Translations under genes and position numbers: made by a program
Shown: positions 39,170 to 51,900 of the stretch, in pieces
Layout: every line of letters begins with the position of its first letter
Numbering within the stretch: the first letter of the stretch is position 1
Origin: Epithemia pelagica
Lineage: Eukaryota > Protista > Bacillariophyta
Assembly: GCA_946965045.2 (NCBI GenBank)
Contig: OX337238.1
Location: 124,001-188,000 of the forward strand
Direction of reading: 5' to 3'
Length of the DNA stretch: 64,000 nucleotides
Notes under the pieces: generated by a model
Told to the model about the DNA's origin: nothing
Database searches by the model: none
What the model saw: the letters and a program-made list of their open reading frames with translations, nothing else

Positions 39170-41230
39170 AGTCACAGTTCCGAGTCAAGAAAATCCGACT
39201 TCTGCATCGTATCGTTCAAATAATGAAAAAGTACATATTATTGGTATATTAGATTAGATGCGAACTGATTGGTTGTAGAAGACGAAATGACCGGTACTGG
39301 GTAGGTTCCGAATAGCTACCCCTTCCAATGAGACTCCGTGATTCAGGAAATTGCGTCTCAATGCGGTATCTCTCTCTCGAACTTTTTTGCCAACTATGGT
39401 CGTTGTACCAACCACACCCCTTTTTGTTGTTTCTATCCCGTACGAATGGAGGACAGACAATACCAGAGCACGCCGCAGTTACATGGATCTACCAGTGGTA
39501 TCCACGCTCATGGATTCAATCGTTTCAAATCTGACCGACCTACTATACTCTTGTGTTGTCCGTAGTACTCGCATGGATGATGGCTTTTTCATCTCGACAC
39601 GACAGAGCTCGCTTTCACTCCATCCAACACGGACGAATCCTCCACGATCATCCTGGAGTGGCATTCTTCCCTCGACGAGGTGTCAGGCGAGCGTGCCCGC
39701 AAAAGCAGCACCCGTCGCAACACCACCATTGGCTCTACTACTACAAGGAGAAGCGGTTCGGCCGGGGTCCCCCGAAAAAGACCCACCGAATGACAATTGC
39801 ACACACCAATACAAGACCATGGCCCGAGACCCACTGGACAAGAACACGAATGGATTTTTCTGCCAGGATTTGGATGAAAGGAACCAAAACAACAACAAGA
39901 ACCCAACTCCTATCTACTACTGTGTTGTCTTTCAACAAGAGCAAGAAGCAAACACAAGACGAAGCGGTTCCATTGGTCCATCGTTCTTGTAGAGACAACC
40001 TCCTCGTTACACGAGTCGTTCATGCTTACCGTTGGAGTCGTACGGCGTACGTCGTTCTTGTTGTCTATGATACTACCACTATACCCCATCTTTTTGCGGT
40101 GTTCTACAAGGTAGCAACTCAACTAGTGTTTTTCCCTCTGGGTTCTTGACTGGATTTCATGTACGACTCGTAGTAGAACCGTCGTCCAGGTCGTTCCGCA
40201 ATGGGTCCATACAACACAAAACGAGAACAAAGACTCCTCAGCTCTACTAGTAGTGTCCTGCTACTATAGGATGCTGGCGCCAACCAACCAGCAACGACAC
40301 CTTGTCTGCCAACACCACGATTGGGCCGAAGGGCGACTGTCACCCCGTGCCGCGAGACAACCAGGTTCCATGGGCGTCACTACTAATAGATCAATGGGGA
40401 GAACTGAAACTACGACCAGAAACCGGCGAACTGCTGGCAACCCCAAGAGACTTTGGATTGTTGTATCCTGTTCCGTGGATCTGTACGGAATAAGGTGCTA
40501 CTGCTGCTACTGCTGCTGGAATCCTGGTTGGTCAGAGACAACCAAAGGAATTTGGATTTAAGGAACGAGAAGCACATTGATTTTGTGAGAGAGCGTCGTG
40601 GCTTGCACCCAAGTCGGCCCTGCCTGCGCGGGAGTAGGCGACCTTGCGACCGACGAGACCCATTTCGTCTGTCCATCGATGCGACCTTCATCGGAAGAGA
40701 GATTCTTCGCGCACGTCTCGAGTACTTCGGAGCGTCGGGATAATTTTCTTGATACTATATTATGGATTACAATGTTCTTGAGACGCTGTAGGTGTACACG
40801 TTTGGAGATGCGACATTCTCTGGGATTCTCCCAGCGGGGTTGGTGACACCTTGGACGTGCGTACTTGCTCGGATTTTCCGATTCGAACCCGCTGAGGATT
40901 GCACGAGAACTGTCCCGCAGTGAATGCGAACCCCCAAGTTCTTGGCGCGAATCGAGTTCTCGTTGGATGGGCGCAGTTCGGTTTGGTGTCAAGAGGTGGA
41001 ACGCAAGAGAAGACCCCAACAATGGATCATTCCTTATTCGACAGCCTGCACGGGCCCATTCGATCCTCATTGATGATTCCTTTTTGGACGATCTATATTC
41101 ATAAAATCAGCAACGTTTGAACGCTCTCCACCAACCAACCAACCAACCAACCAACCAACCAACCAACCAACCAACCAATCCATCCCTCCATCGCCTTTCG
41201 GTGCTTCTTTGAGAAAAAAGCCAATCCAGT
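39170..41230. repeat. Intergenic repeat R, uninterrupted copy, with (CCAA)12 at 41131-41178
   Basis: Contains the empty sites of both Copia insertions (AGAAC at 40175-40179; GACAG at 41040-41044). Confidence 0.85.
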
Positions 41231-41241
41231 TTTGGTACATC

Positions 41242-41934
41242 ATGTCGCCACCATCCACACACGACGGAGATGTCGGACAGGGCGGTTCCTCAACCACCAG
41301 TCCAGAAGAACCGACACTACAACAAGCCGAGGCGGCAACAACAACTACTACTACTCCGCCAAGTCCAGAACAAGCACCACCACCAGCACATCCAGTGGCG
41401 CCGTGGCACGAATATTATTATCCAACGTCCTTGTACGATGAGCCCAGTTCGTTTGGCGCGCATCCTCAGTATCAGCATTCACAGGCCTCTTCGTTGCGTC
41501 ATCGACGAACCTTACCAGCACCACCACCACCGTATTGGGCATCGACTGCCACGCTCATGGGTCCATCCATGCGTTCCATTCCAGCCGCCTTGCCCTGTCC
41601 TCCGCCTCCCACTCCTACTGCCAACGGTCTACCGTACAAACCCACCAAGGCCCCCAAGGAAACCTTGTTGGCCATTTACAAGGCGGGTAAATATAAGGCT
41701 GGATTACCATTGAGTTTGCTCCTGATTCAAAGTTTCATGGCCGGTGTCTACATTGCCATGGCCGGACACTTGTACTTGGCCGTCGGTGGGGGTGTGTTGG
41801 GCGCCGTGCTGTTTCCCACGGGCTTGATTGCCGTTGTCTTGACGTCGGCCGAACTCTTTACGGGCGATGCCCTCGTCTTTGTCGCCTCCACCTTGGGCGG
41901 CCAAGTTCCCGTGCACAAGTTGGTGCGCAATTAG
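41242..41934 (+). pseudogene. FNT transporter, 5' half only (3'-truncated)
   Basis: FNT N-terminal motifs SFMAGVYIAMAG, LFPTGLI and ELFTG. It ends LVRN* where W would be expected and is joined at ~41940 to the 3' flank of the Cys-rich gene. Confidence 0.85.
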
Positions 41935-42134
41935 ACCGTGGTACTCCTGTCGTCGCGAGCATGGTCCAAACGCATTGGTCGATTTCGAGGACTGTCTGAA
42001 CTATGAATGGAGGAATCGAAACAATAGTCTCCTTTCTGATTGACAATACCAGTTTCTAATTTCTGTGTTCGCTTATTTATTTATTTATTTTCTTATAAAC
42101 TCAATTGACTGGTCTTGGAGATCCACTTGCACTA

Positions 42135-43526
42135 TTACACCGCAACAAGAACAAACAACATGAAAAGACCAACAAGAACAGTGACCATTCCACCTCCGGC
42201 GCGAGCAAAGGCCGCACTCGTGCCAGTCAAGGAAGTGTCACCTTCCCCCTAATCGACCGTGTCCTCCATGACTTGGACCAATTCCGTATAGGTGCAAGGC
42301 AAAAAGACTTGGGTACTGTCCAACGCAGCAGCCTCACCATCGACCAAGGCACTGGGAGCGTATTGGAGACAAACGTCCATGCTCGTGTCGTCGTCATCAT
42401 TTTGGCTTTCGGCCAAGACGCGATTGTTATTGTCTGGCCCGTCGAGGCTCAGAGTGACGGCCGTTTCTTCGGCCAAGGGATCGTCCAGAGAAGGAACTGC
42501 AGCGGCACAGGAAACATCGCATGTCTCGTCCGTGATATTCGCCACTTGATTGACCAAACAATCCATCAATTCTTCCAAGGGATCCAAGGCACAGGGAGGA
42601 CAACACGACACAATTTCACACGTGGGTGCAATGAGCTCGGCTTGAATATCGGCACAGGTTGTCAAGGCGGAGTAATTGACGCCCGCAAAGGGATTGTCCA
42701 AGGGCAATTGCGCACTGCAATTGGCACGACAAGTGGCCGCATTTTCACGACCACATTGATGCAAACTTCGAAGCGCTTGACGGATGCAAGAACGAGGATG
42801 ATTCTGACGAGCTTCTTGAATCGTTTCATTCAAACAGTCTGCCACTTCGTCCAAACAGGGAGCCGTGGCATTGATAAAGCGTTGGCGGCGTTTTCGGCGT
42901 TTTCGGCGGTTCTCGCGACGATTCTGGTATCGTTCAAACAAGTCCGACAAGGGCGTCGTATCTTCTGGTTCTTCCTCCACCTCGTCCACCAGTTCCGGAT
43001 CATTCTCTCGAATGCATTCCACCAACTCAGCAAAGGTTGTGCCATTGGAGGACGTCTCGGGATCTCCCTCGGCATCAGTATCCACAACATTTGTATCATT
43101 GCCAAAAATGACACAGTCCTGACGATCCGCGTACCGTTTCACACAGTCGTACAAGTCTTGAGGATCGGTGGTGCGAAAACAACGAGGCAACCAGAGATAA
43201 ATGGGATTTTGACTGGCCGCGTCCCAAAACTCTCCTGTTTTTTCCGGGCGATCGCTGTCTTGATCTCGGTCCGGACCCCAAAAGGGAAAGTTTTGACGAA
43301 AGTTGGCTGCCCGGCCACGACGGCCATCACCTTCTTCGGTTCCACTGCCTTGTTCCGTAGTCGAGCCATCACGCGGACCACCACCTAGACCAAAGCCTTG
43401 AAGGTGGTTTCCTTGAGGACCATTGCCATGACGACCCAGGGCACGAAGTTCTTGAGAGGTGACACCAATCATTACCACTGTCCAAAGGATAAAAGTCATT
43501 GCGCTAGAACTTGAAACCACCTTCAT
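42135..43526 (-). pseudogene. Cys-rich protein copy 4 with a premature stop removing the C-terminal anchor
   Basis: GAT GCG GTG in other copies reads GAT TAG GGG here (stop at 42251-42249). The downstream anchor-coding sequence is still intact to 42135. Confidence 0.75.
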
Positions 43527-43799
43527 AATGTTTGTTTTTATCCTTGTTGTTCTCTTGACCAGAAGTAAAATTGTGAGCTTAAAGAGGGAGGATGATAGAT
43601 GTCCAATGGACTCTCGAATCCTTGTCCATGTTGTTGCATCTCTAGGTAGGCAACCGTACGAGTGCTACTACTAGAGGCTTTGAATCTTGTCAAAATTTGA
43701 TACGATTGCGACAGAATGTCCATCAATCCTACTCGCATCTTTGAATTAATCTGGACTATTAGGTAGATTGAGTCTTTCTTGATAGCACTCGATTGGGTT

Positions 43800-45634
43800 T
43801 AGAATTCAGTCACAGTTCCGAGTCAACGATTACATCATATCGATCCAATAATGAAAAAGTACATATTATTGGTATATTATATTAGATGCGAACTGATTGG
43901 TTGTAGAAGACGAAATGACCGGTACTGGGTAGGTTCCGAATAGCTACCCCTTCCAATGAGACTCCGTGATTCAGGAAATTGCGTCTCAATGCGGTATCTC
44001 TCTCTCGAACTTTTTTGCCAACTATGGTCGTTGTACCAACCACACCCCTTTTTGTTGTTTCTATCCCGTACGAATGGAGGACAGACAATACCAGAGCACG
44101 CCGCAGTTACATGGATCTACCAGTGGTATCCACGCTCATGGATTCAATCGTTTCAAATCTGACCGACCTACTATACTCTTGTGTTGTCCGTAGTACTCGC
44201 ATGGATGATGGCTTTTTCATCTCGACACGACAGAGCTCGCTTTCACTCCATCCAACACGGACGAATCCTCCACGATCATCCTGGAGTGGCATTCTTCCCT
44301 CGACGAGGTGTCAGGCGAGCGTGCCCGCAAAAGCAGCACCCGTCGCAACATCACCATTGGCTCTACTACTACAAGGAGAAGCGGTTCGGCCGGGGTCCCC
44401 CGAAAAAGACCCACCGAATGACAATTGCACACACCAATACAAGACCATGGCCCGAGACCCACTGGACAAGAACACGAATGGATTTTTCTGCCAGGATTTG
44501 GATGAAAGGAACCAAAACAACAACAAGAACCCAACTCCTATCTACTACTGTGTTGTCTTTCAACAAGAGCAAGAAGCAAACACAAGACGAAGCGGTTCCA
44601 TTGGTCCATCGTTCTTGTAGAGACAACCTCCTCGTTACACGAGTCGTTCATGCTTACCGTTGGAGTCGTACGGCGTACGTCGTTCTTGTTGTCTATGATA
44701 CTACCACTATACCCCATCTTTTTGCGGTGTTCTACAAGGTAGCAACTCAACTAGTGTTTTTCCCTCTGGGTTCTTGACTGGATTTCATGTACGACTCGTA
44801 GTAGAACCGTCGTCCAGGTCGTTCCGCAATGGGTCCATACAACACAAAACGAGAACAAAGACTCCTCAGCTCTACTAGTAGTGTCCTGCTACTATAGGAT
44901 GCTGGCGCCAACCAACCAGCAACGACACCTTGTCTGCCAACACCACGATTGGGCCGAAGGGCGACTGTCACCCCGTGCCGCGAGACAACCAGGTTCCATG
45001 GGCGTGACACTACGACTAGAGCAATGGGGAGAACTGAAACTACGACCAGAAACCGGCGAACTGCTGGCAACCCCAAGAGACTTTGGATTGGTGTATCCTT
45101 TTTCATGGATCTGAACGGAATAAGATGCTACTGCAGCTGCTACTGCTACTGCTGGAGTCCTGGTTGGTCAGAGACAACCAATGGAATTTGGAGTTGGAGG
45201 AACGCGAGAAGCACAGTTTTTTCGCTAGAGCACATTGATTTTGTGAGAGAGCGTCGTGGCTTGCACCCAAGTCGGCCCTGCCTGCGCGGGAGTAGGCGAC
45301 CTCGCGACCGACGAGACCCATTTCGTCTGTCCATCGATGCGACCTTCATCGGAAGAGAGATTCTTCGCGCACGTCTCGAGTACTTCGGAGCGTCGGGATA
45401 ATTTTCTTGATACTATATTATGGATTACAATGTTCTTGAGACGCTGTAGGTGTACACGTCTGGAGATGCGACATTCTCTGGGATTCTCCCAGCGGCGTTG
45501 GTGACACCTTGGACGTGCGTACGTGCGTGGATTTTCTCTTTCGAACCCGCTCAGGTTTGCACGAGAACTGTGCCGCAGTGAATGCGAACCCCCAAGTTCT
45601 TGGCGCGAACCGAGTTCTCGTTGGATTGGGCGCA
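43800..45634. repeat. Intergenic repeat R, last copy, truncated at ~45634
   Basis: Near-identical to 39170-40380, then more like copy 1. Homology stops at GGGCGCAGT. Confidence 0.85.
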
Positions 45635-45663
45635 GTAGAAACAAAGAGTAGTGCTGACTTACC

Positions 45664-47043
45664 TGGCCAGAAGTGCATCAACAAGTCAAGAAATGGAAAG
45701 GAGTATTTTTCATTCTCGTGGCTTATTTCACTTTTACTCATCCTTTTGCCGAAGTTGTAGCCAACGATTGCATTCTTCTCATAGTCCGACACTGGATGAT
45801 CCGGCGATGAATCCTCGACTATCTTCCACTCAAATCTTCTTTTGTCCTCTTTCCTTTGTAGCTGTTGACCCGTTGAATCGGTCGCTGGCTCACTCTCTCC
45901 GTCAAAAAGCACAGTCCATAGGTTTCCTCTTGCCACTGGATTCTTCTTCCCGTCGAAAACTGTTCCCCATTGAGCATTGTTGCCATTCTTGTGAACTCGA
46001 TCTCCAATGTCGATTCCTTTTTTCTTGGGAGGCTTGACGACTACGGTCCAGTTGCTTTCAATAAGATGGTCTTTGGTAAGCTTGTATTGCTCCATTTTAT
46101 GCCTGTGACGATCTTTGTCTCTTTCAACCAAAGCCCCGAAAGACAATTGGCGTGCTTGTGCTTGTTCTTGTTCAGCTCCGTCATCCTCGTCATCATAGAC
46201 AAGTTTCACGGGTACATCTTCTTCGAGTTCTTCATCAGCAGCTGCATCTTCATCCTGATCTTCATGTTCGTTATCACTATCTTTATCATCATTTTGCCTG
46301 GTCGTTGGTGGGTTGTTCTGATTGTTCGGAGGTGCATCTTGACCTTGAGCGTTGTCCAGGATCGCCGCTTGTGCCAAAACTTCAATTTCTTCATCGTCGC
46401 TTACATCTGTTAATATCACTCCACCAACAGTGCGAGGAGCCTCTGAAGTCGTTGTCGTTGCTGCGGTCGTTGCAGTGGTCGTTGCAGTGATCGTTGCCGT
46501 GGTCGTTGGTGCAGCAGTCGTTGTCAGTACCGATTGCATTGGTGTGGTTGTTCCTGCTGTCGATGCCGCTGCCGTCGGCCTTGCTGTTGTCTCGACTGGG
46601 GTGTTCGTTGTCGTTGTCACACTCGTTGTCACACTCATTGTCGCGCTCGTTGTCGCGCTCGTTGTCGTTGTCGTGGTTGCCGTTGGCATTGACGTGGATG
46701 TTGCTGTCCTCGATGCCGTTGTCATTGTCCTTGCTGCGGTTTCGGCTGGAACTGGAGTATTTGATACTGTGGTTGTTGTTGAGATCGTAGGTCGAGGTCC
46801 GGCTGCTGCAACTGGATCTGGTTGTCCAGGAAAACCTTCATCTTTCTTGGGGAATCGAAGCTGTGGGGAAGAGCGTTCATTTCTTAGCTCTGTTGGATTT
46901 CCTCTTTCGTCCACTCCAGCGACCATCCACTTATGAAATTCGACTGCTTCAACAATAATGCATGGGATGTCTCCACGCCTCATGAAACATCTCGATCCAA
47001 TCCCCAAACCACATGATTTGGGCCTCGGCGGCGGTGGTTCCAT
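45664..47043 (-). pseudogene. Truncated ORF with Thr-rich region, IGDRV..WGTV..WxVxFD module and HFWPG end; possibly the N-terminus of a piggyBac-like transposase
   Basis: A GTAAGT donor follows ..LLMHFWPG and the sequence runs into repeat R about 30 nt later. The family assignment is recalled motif resemblance only and no catalytic DDE region is present. Confidence 0.4.
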
Positions 47044-47481
47044 TGTTGTATCGTTCTCGTGCGTTTTGGTCTTCTCAAGTTTCTAAGAGGTTATTGAGAA
47101 TTGCTGTTTGTGTGTCCAATCTCCATTAGCGGTCAAAAGCATCTTTTCGACTTGCAAGCAAGCACATGGTTGATTGTTGAATGAACTGTGGAACGATGTT
47201 GGAGGGAAGATGTAGTTTTTGTGGAGCAGTCGCTACAAAAGCACGTGTCCCGCATGCCCGCCCGCCTTAATTAAACGACAAGAATGTTCTAAACATAATG
47301 AACTATCTAACAAAATTTAACGTTTTAACCGTATTCCCGTTGAATCAAAAGCTTTTTTCCAAGTGTGGTCTGATTTGTTTTTTTGTCAAGTGGTCTGCAG
47401 ACCAGGCAATGACGAACGCTCTCTGTCTGAGAAACGCTCGAAAACCCAAGACTCTCTGAGAAACCCCTACTCTACAAAAAG

Positions 47482-48937
47482 ATGGAGAGGAGAACAATGA
47501 AAACACGAAGTCAATCTGAATCGCGTCTTAAGGCGCTTGCTCATGTTGCAGTTGCTGCCTCGGAGGCAGAGTCGGAGCCACATTCACCATCACCTATGGC
47601 AGCAGCAGACGAAGCAACAATGGCAGCAACAGAAGAAGCGAGAGCAAGCCATCGGTTTCTTACAGACGAAGACCTCCATAAGTCAACGAGAAAAAGCATG
47701 CAGACAGTCGTCGTGGCAAGCTAAAGGACGACAATGCATACACGGACTCGGCGTCGGCTTTGAAACAGCGCCTCAGCGAGCAGCGGAAAAAGGATTATGC
47801 GGAGGCTGTCGCTGCAGTAAAGAAAGTCAAGGCCTATGGACGGGATCCATGGGACAATTTCATCCAAGGACTGAAGTTTCTGTCCACTTCGATCAAGGAT
47901 GGCACTGTGCTGATCAACGCATACGGAGTGTTTGTGGCAAAGAAGATTGGCGTCACATTTTTGTTGACAGATGCGCCCATTCGCAAATCAGGCACAGGCA
48001 TCAAGAACTCTAATACGGCCCCCTAGAAAAATGACTACGGACTGGAAGTTGGGGAAGTTGTGCCCAAGTCCGTTGGGATTGGGATCCCAACCAAGCAAAC
48101 TCGGAACAACTCGTGCCTCAAGTTTCGACAGTTCAGCTTCTCCCTCAAGAATGATCCGATCTTCAAGAGCACAAAGTAGGTGAGGTGATTGGTGTGTATG
48201 CAGGGTTGGGTATCACCTCTGGGACCGTCGGTCGGACCGAGTACGCAATTCAGTTTGGAGAGCACGGAGAACGCATCGTTCAAGCCGACAACGAGGATTT
48301 CTTTTTCATGGGGTTTCATTTGATGAATGATCCCCAGTATCACCTCTACGATACAGAAGAAGGACCTGACGAAGCACACAAGGACTACAACGTGCGTATC
48401 GACAAGAATCTGCTAGTTCGTGTGATCAAGGAGATCGCGGAGGGGGACGAGCTGTTTTTATTCTACAACCTTAGCTCGGACACCAAGACGATCGCAGCCT
48501 CAAAGGAAGGCGGTGAGGAGCCTGATGAGGATGTGCAGAAGAAGCGAGGTCGATCCAGCCAGGATGATTCTCCGAAGAAGGTGAAGAAGATGAAGATGGG
48601 TGGTTCTGGTGGTAATGCTCCTGCTCTTGATGTTGCCATTCAACAGCACTACCAACCGCACGACCTTCAACTGCACCATCCTGTTCCCGCCGCTGCTGCT
48701 CCTGATGTTGCCATTCAACAGCACTACCAACCGCACGACCTTCAACTGCACCATCCTGTTCTAGTACAGGAAAATTACCCCCTTTACCGTTTTCCTGTAA
48801 GCCCAAGGAGCTTGTGCTCCTCACTTTCTCATAATTTCTCTTCGAGCAACAAACACACACTCGGCATCTATATCATTGGCCCTGATACAATGAGAAATAT
48901 TCACAAACCCTCTCTTCGCAATCCTTTTGAGGGCTAA
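47482..48937 (+). pseudogene. Fragmented gene with a SET-domain-like segment (~48170-48475)
   Basis: GEVIGVYAG, MNDP and VIKEIAEGDELFLFYN resemble SET motifs. Frames are broken by stops, and a 75-bp-period duplication lies at 48628-48761. Confidence 0.5.
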
Positions 48938-48985
48938 GTGGAGGTGGACAATGACTCGGTCAGTTTGGACAGCGATCACAACAAC

Positions 48986-51900
48986 ATGGACCGTCATGAT
49001 CATGTCGATGATGATGACCTCGATTCGTTGGTGGATAAAATTGTCGTGGATCCCTCGCAATCCGATTTGGATGTCCAAGAACAACACGCGGACGAAACTC
49101 GTCAAGAAATCAAGCAAGTACAACGAATTACGCAACGCGAAACTTTGCGGATTCGGTTATGGAGAATTGTCATTGTCATGATCATGATTGGATCGGGAGC
49201 CTTGGTATCCTGGGGCACCTACAACTATCTTGATGACCAGTTGATGGATCAAACACTCGAGGATGTAAGTCGCAGGGACACAAACAGGAGAAACGGCAAG
49301 TCAGGATGATCTTGCTTTGCATGAACCTCTATTTCTCACATGATTGTTTGCTGGTTTGTTTCTTTCTTGTTTAGTTTGACAACTTTGCCAACACGATCCA
49401 GGATGTTTCGGCCGCTCATTTTGGCAACATGTTTCAGGCCTGTCGTGATTTGGCATCGGCCGTGACGGCCCATGCCAATTTGCACAACATGACCTTTCCC
49501 TACATTCGCACTGACAATTTTGAAGTCTATGCCAATGAAGCACGACGACGAGCCGCCTTGGAATTGATTACCCTCAATCCCTGGTTGCCCGATGCGCCCA
49601 CCGTGCAAGCCTTTAACGCCTATTCGATGCGACACAACATGGCGTGGCAACAAGAAAGCATTCAGGAACATGTGCAACTCAATCCGGCCGTGGCCAATAA
49701 GAGTTTCCCATTCGTCCGATACCCTTTGTGTACGATTTGACCGATTTTACCAAACCGTGGCTCATTGCCCCCGCCGTCGGACCGGCCATGCCCGTGTGGA
49801 CCCAATCGCCACCCTCCCAATCCAATCCAGCAATCATGGTGAATTTGTACAACTTTTGGCGACCCGGTGTTGCTGCCGTCTTTGCCTCGCGAGGTACGTC
49901 AGCAGCAGTTGTCGTTGTCGTTGTTGTTGTTCCTGCAAGTTGCAGGAGCGACGGAGAATTCTCATTTGACACCCATAAATGAAAAGACCAAATTCGCACC
50001 ATGCCGCAATGTGCGCGCATGTGCTCACAACTCACACCATTTTTCTTCTCTCCGTCTTGCGCGTTTTGATGTCATGGCACAGAAATGGTCTTGGGACAAA
50101 TGACTATTAACATGGGACTTTACCATTGGAGAAGAAGCGCACGATGAGTATCATGCGCGATTGCACAATGCAACTCGCACCAATGAATCCTCCACACAAG
50201 CTCATGGCAACTTTTTTGTCCCCGTCTTTACCCATGGCGATACCTCCCAGGCCGAGATTGGTGCCGTCTTGGGAGGCATTTTTGCCCTCGATGCCTTTTT
50301 GGTCAATATATTGCCCAATGGCGTGCGTGGCATTCGTGTCGTCATGGAAAATACCTGCAACAATTCGTATACCTACGAGCTGGAAGGCAACACCATGGTG
50401 CGTACGTGTCCCAACAGACACTAATACCCAAATGACATTCCTTGAAAACCTGTTTCTCACCTCGTCACGTCACTGTCTCTCGTACTTGTTCTTGTTGTTG
50501 TGAACGTATAGCCGGTTCTCATGGGAGAGGGTGATTTGCGGGACCCCCGGTATTCGCACATTCAAAAGGAAATCTTGTTCAATGAGGTCTTGTATGGCAA
50601 TGCCAATTCTCTCGAATGGCCTACGGGCTTTTGCAGTTACAAGTTTGTCGTTTCGCCCACCGCCGTGTACATGAAAGACAATGAATTGAGCCTGCCCCTC
50701 GTGGTGGCCATTCTCATGGCGGTGATTTTTGGAGTCATGGCTCTCATTTTCTTGATTTATGACGTGCAAGTGCAACGACGCAATGCCAAACTCATGGATA
50801 CGGCCGTCCGATCGGGAGCCTTGGTTTCTTCCATCTTTCCCGCCCCAATTCGGGCACGATTGTTTGCCGACCGAGACACGTCGGCACGATCCCAAGATCC
50901 AGACAAGGTAGCAGTGGCATCCGCAGGTGTCACAGTACCATTCATGGCCTTGAAACCACCCACGACTCATCTCAAGGGGTACTTGACGGAACAAAGTGAG
51001 CATGGTGGTGGAACGACGAGTCACGATGATGACTTTACACAGTCAGCATCAGAGGAGGAGATGATATCGAATGGCTCCTGGCCTCCAAGCCCATTGCGGA
51101 TTTGTTCACGGACACAGCCGTCATGTTTGCCGACATTTGGGGATTCAGCGCCTGGAGTTCGGTCCGAGAACCGTCTCAAGTATTTATTCTCTTGGAAACT
51201 ATCTTTCGTGCATTTGATATGTAAGGCTCCAATCCCATGGTCTTGGATGCATTGTGCCATGTTGTTGTATCGGTCGAGCCTCATTCTTAAAGCTTTTTCT
51301 CCATGTATCTATATATTCAGGTGTGCCAAACGACGCGGAGTGTTCAAGGTAGAAACGGTTGGAGATTGTTACGTGGCCGTTTGTGGTCTTCCGGATGTCC
51401 GAAAGGACCATGTGGTAGCCATGGCCCGGTTTGCCCGAGAATGCTCGAATCAAATACTGGATCTCACACGGAAACTGGAGATTAGCTTGGGACCTGGAAC
51501 GGGAGACTTGGGTCTCCGTGTCGGCCTTCACAGCGGACCCGTAACGGCGGGTGTATTGCGAGGGGAACGATCTCGGTTTCAGCTGTTTGGCGATACCATG
51601 AATACCGCATCTCGAATGGAAAGTACCGGAGAAGCCAATCGCATTCACATTTCGGAAGAAACGGCCAAACTCCTAGTTGCAGCCGGGAAAGAGCACTGGA
51701 TCATGCCACGTGACCAAGCCGTTTCGGCCAAAGGCAAAGGGGTTCTCAAAACGTTTTGGTTAAAGCGATCCAACGGAGATGGCATGGAACGATATTCTGA
51801 GTCTGGTGTTTCATCCTCGCATGACACCGCGTCTCTGTCCCTGGAGGAGACCCACAAGGTGTCGAGACTAATCAACTGGTATGCGGAGGTACTGTTTTCA

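Noticed and set aside
39351-39992. 213-aa ORF in repeat R (also 43979-44620)
   Set aside because: Not preserved in the diverged copy 1, has no motifs, and starts at a non-ATG codon.
47325-47345. TTAA-CCGTATTCCCG as a possible piggyBac terminus
   Set aside because: I found no matching inverted end in the window.
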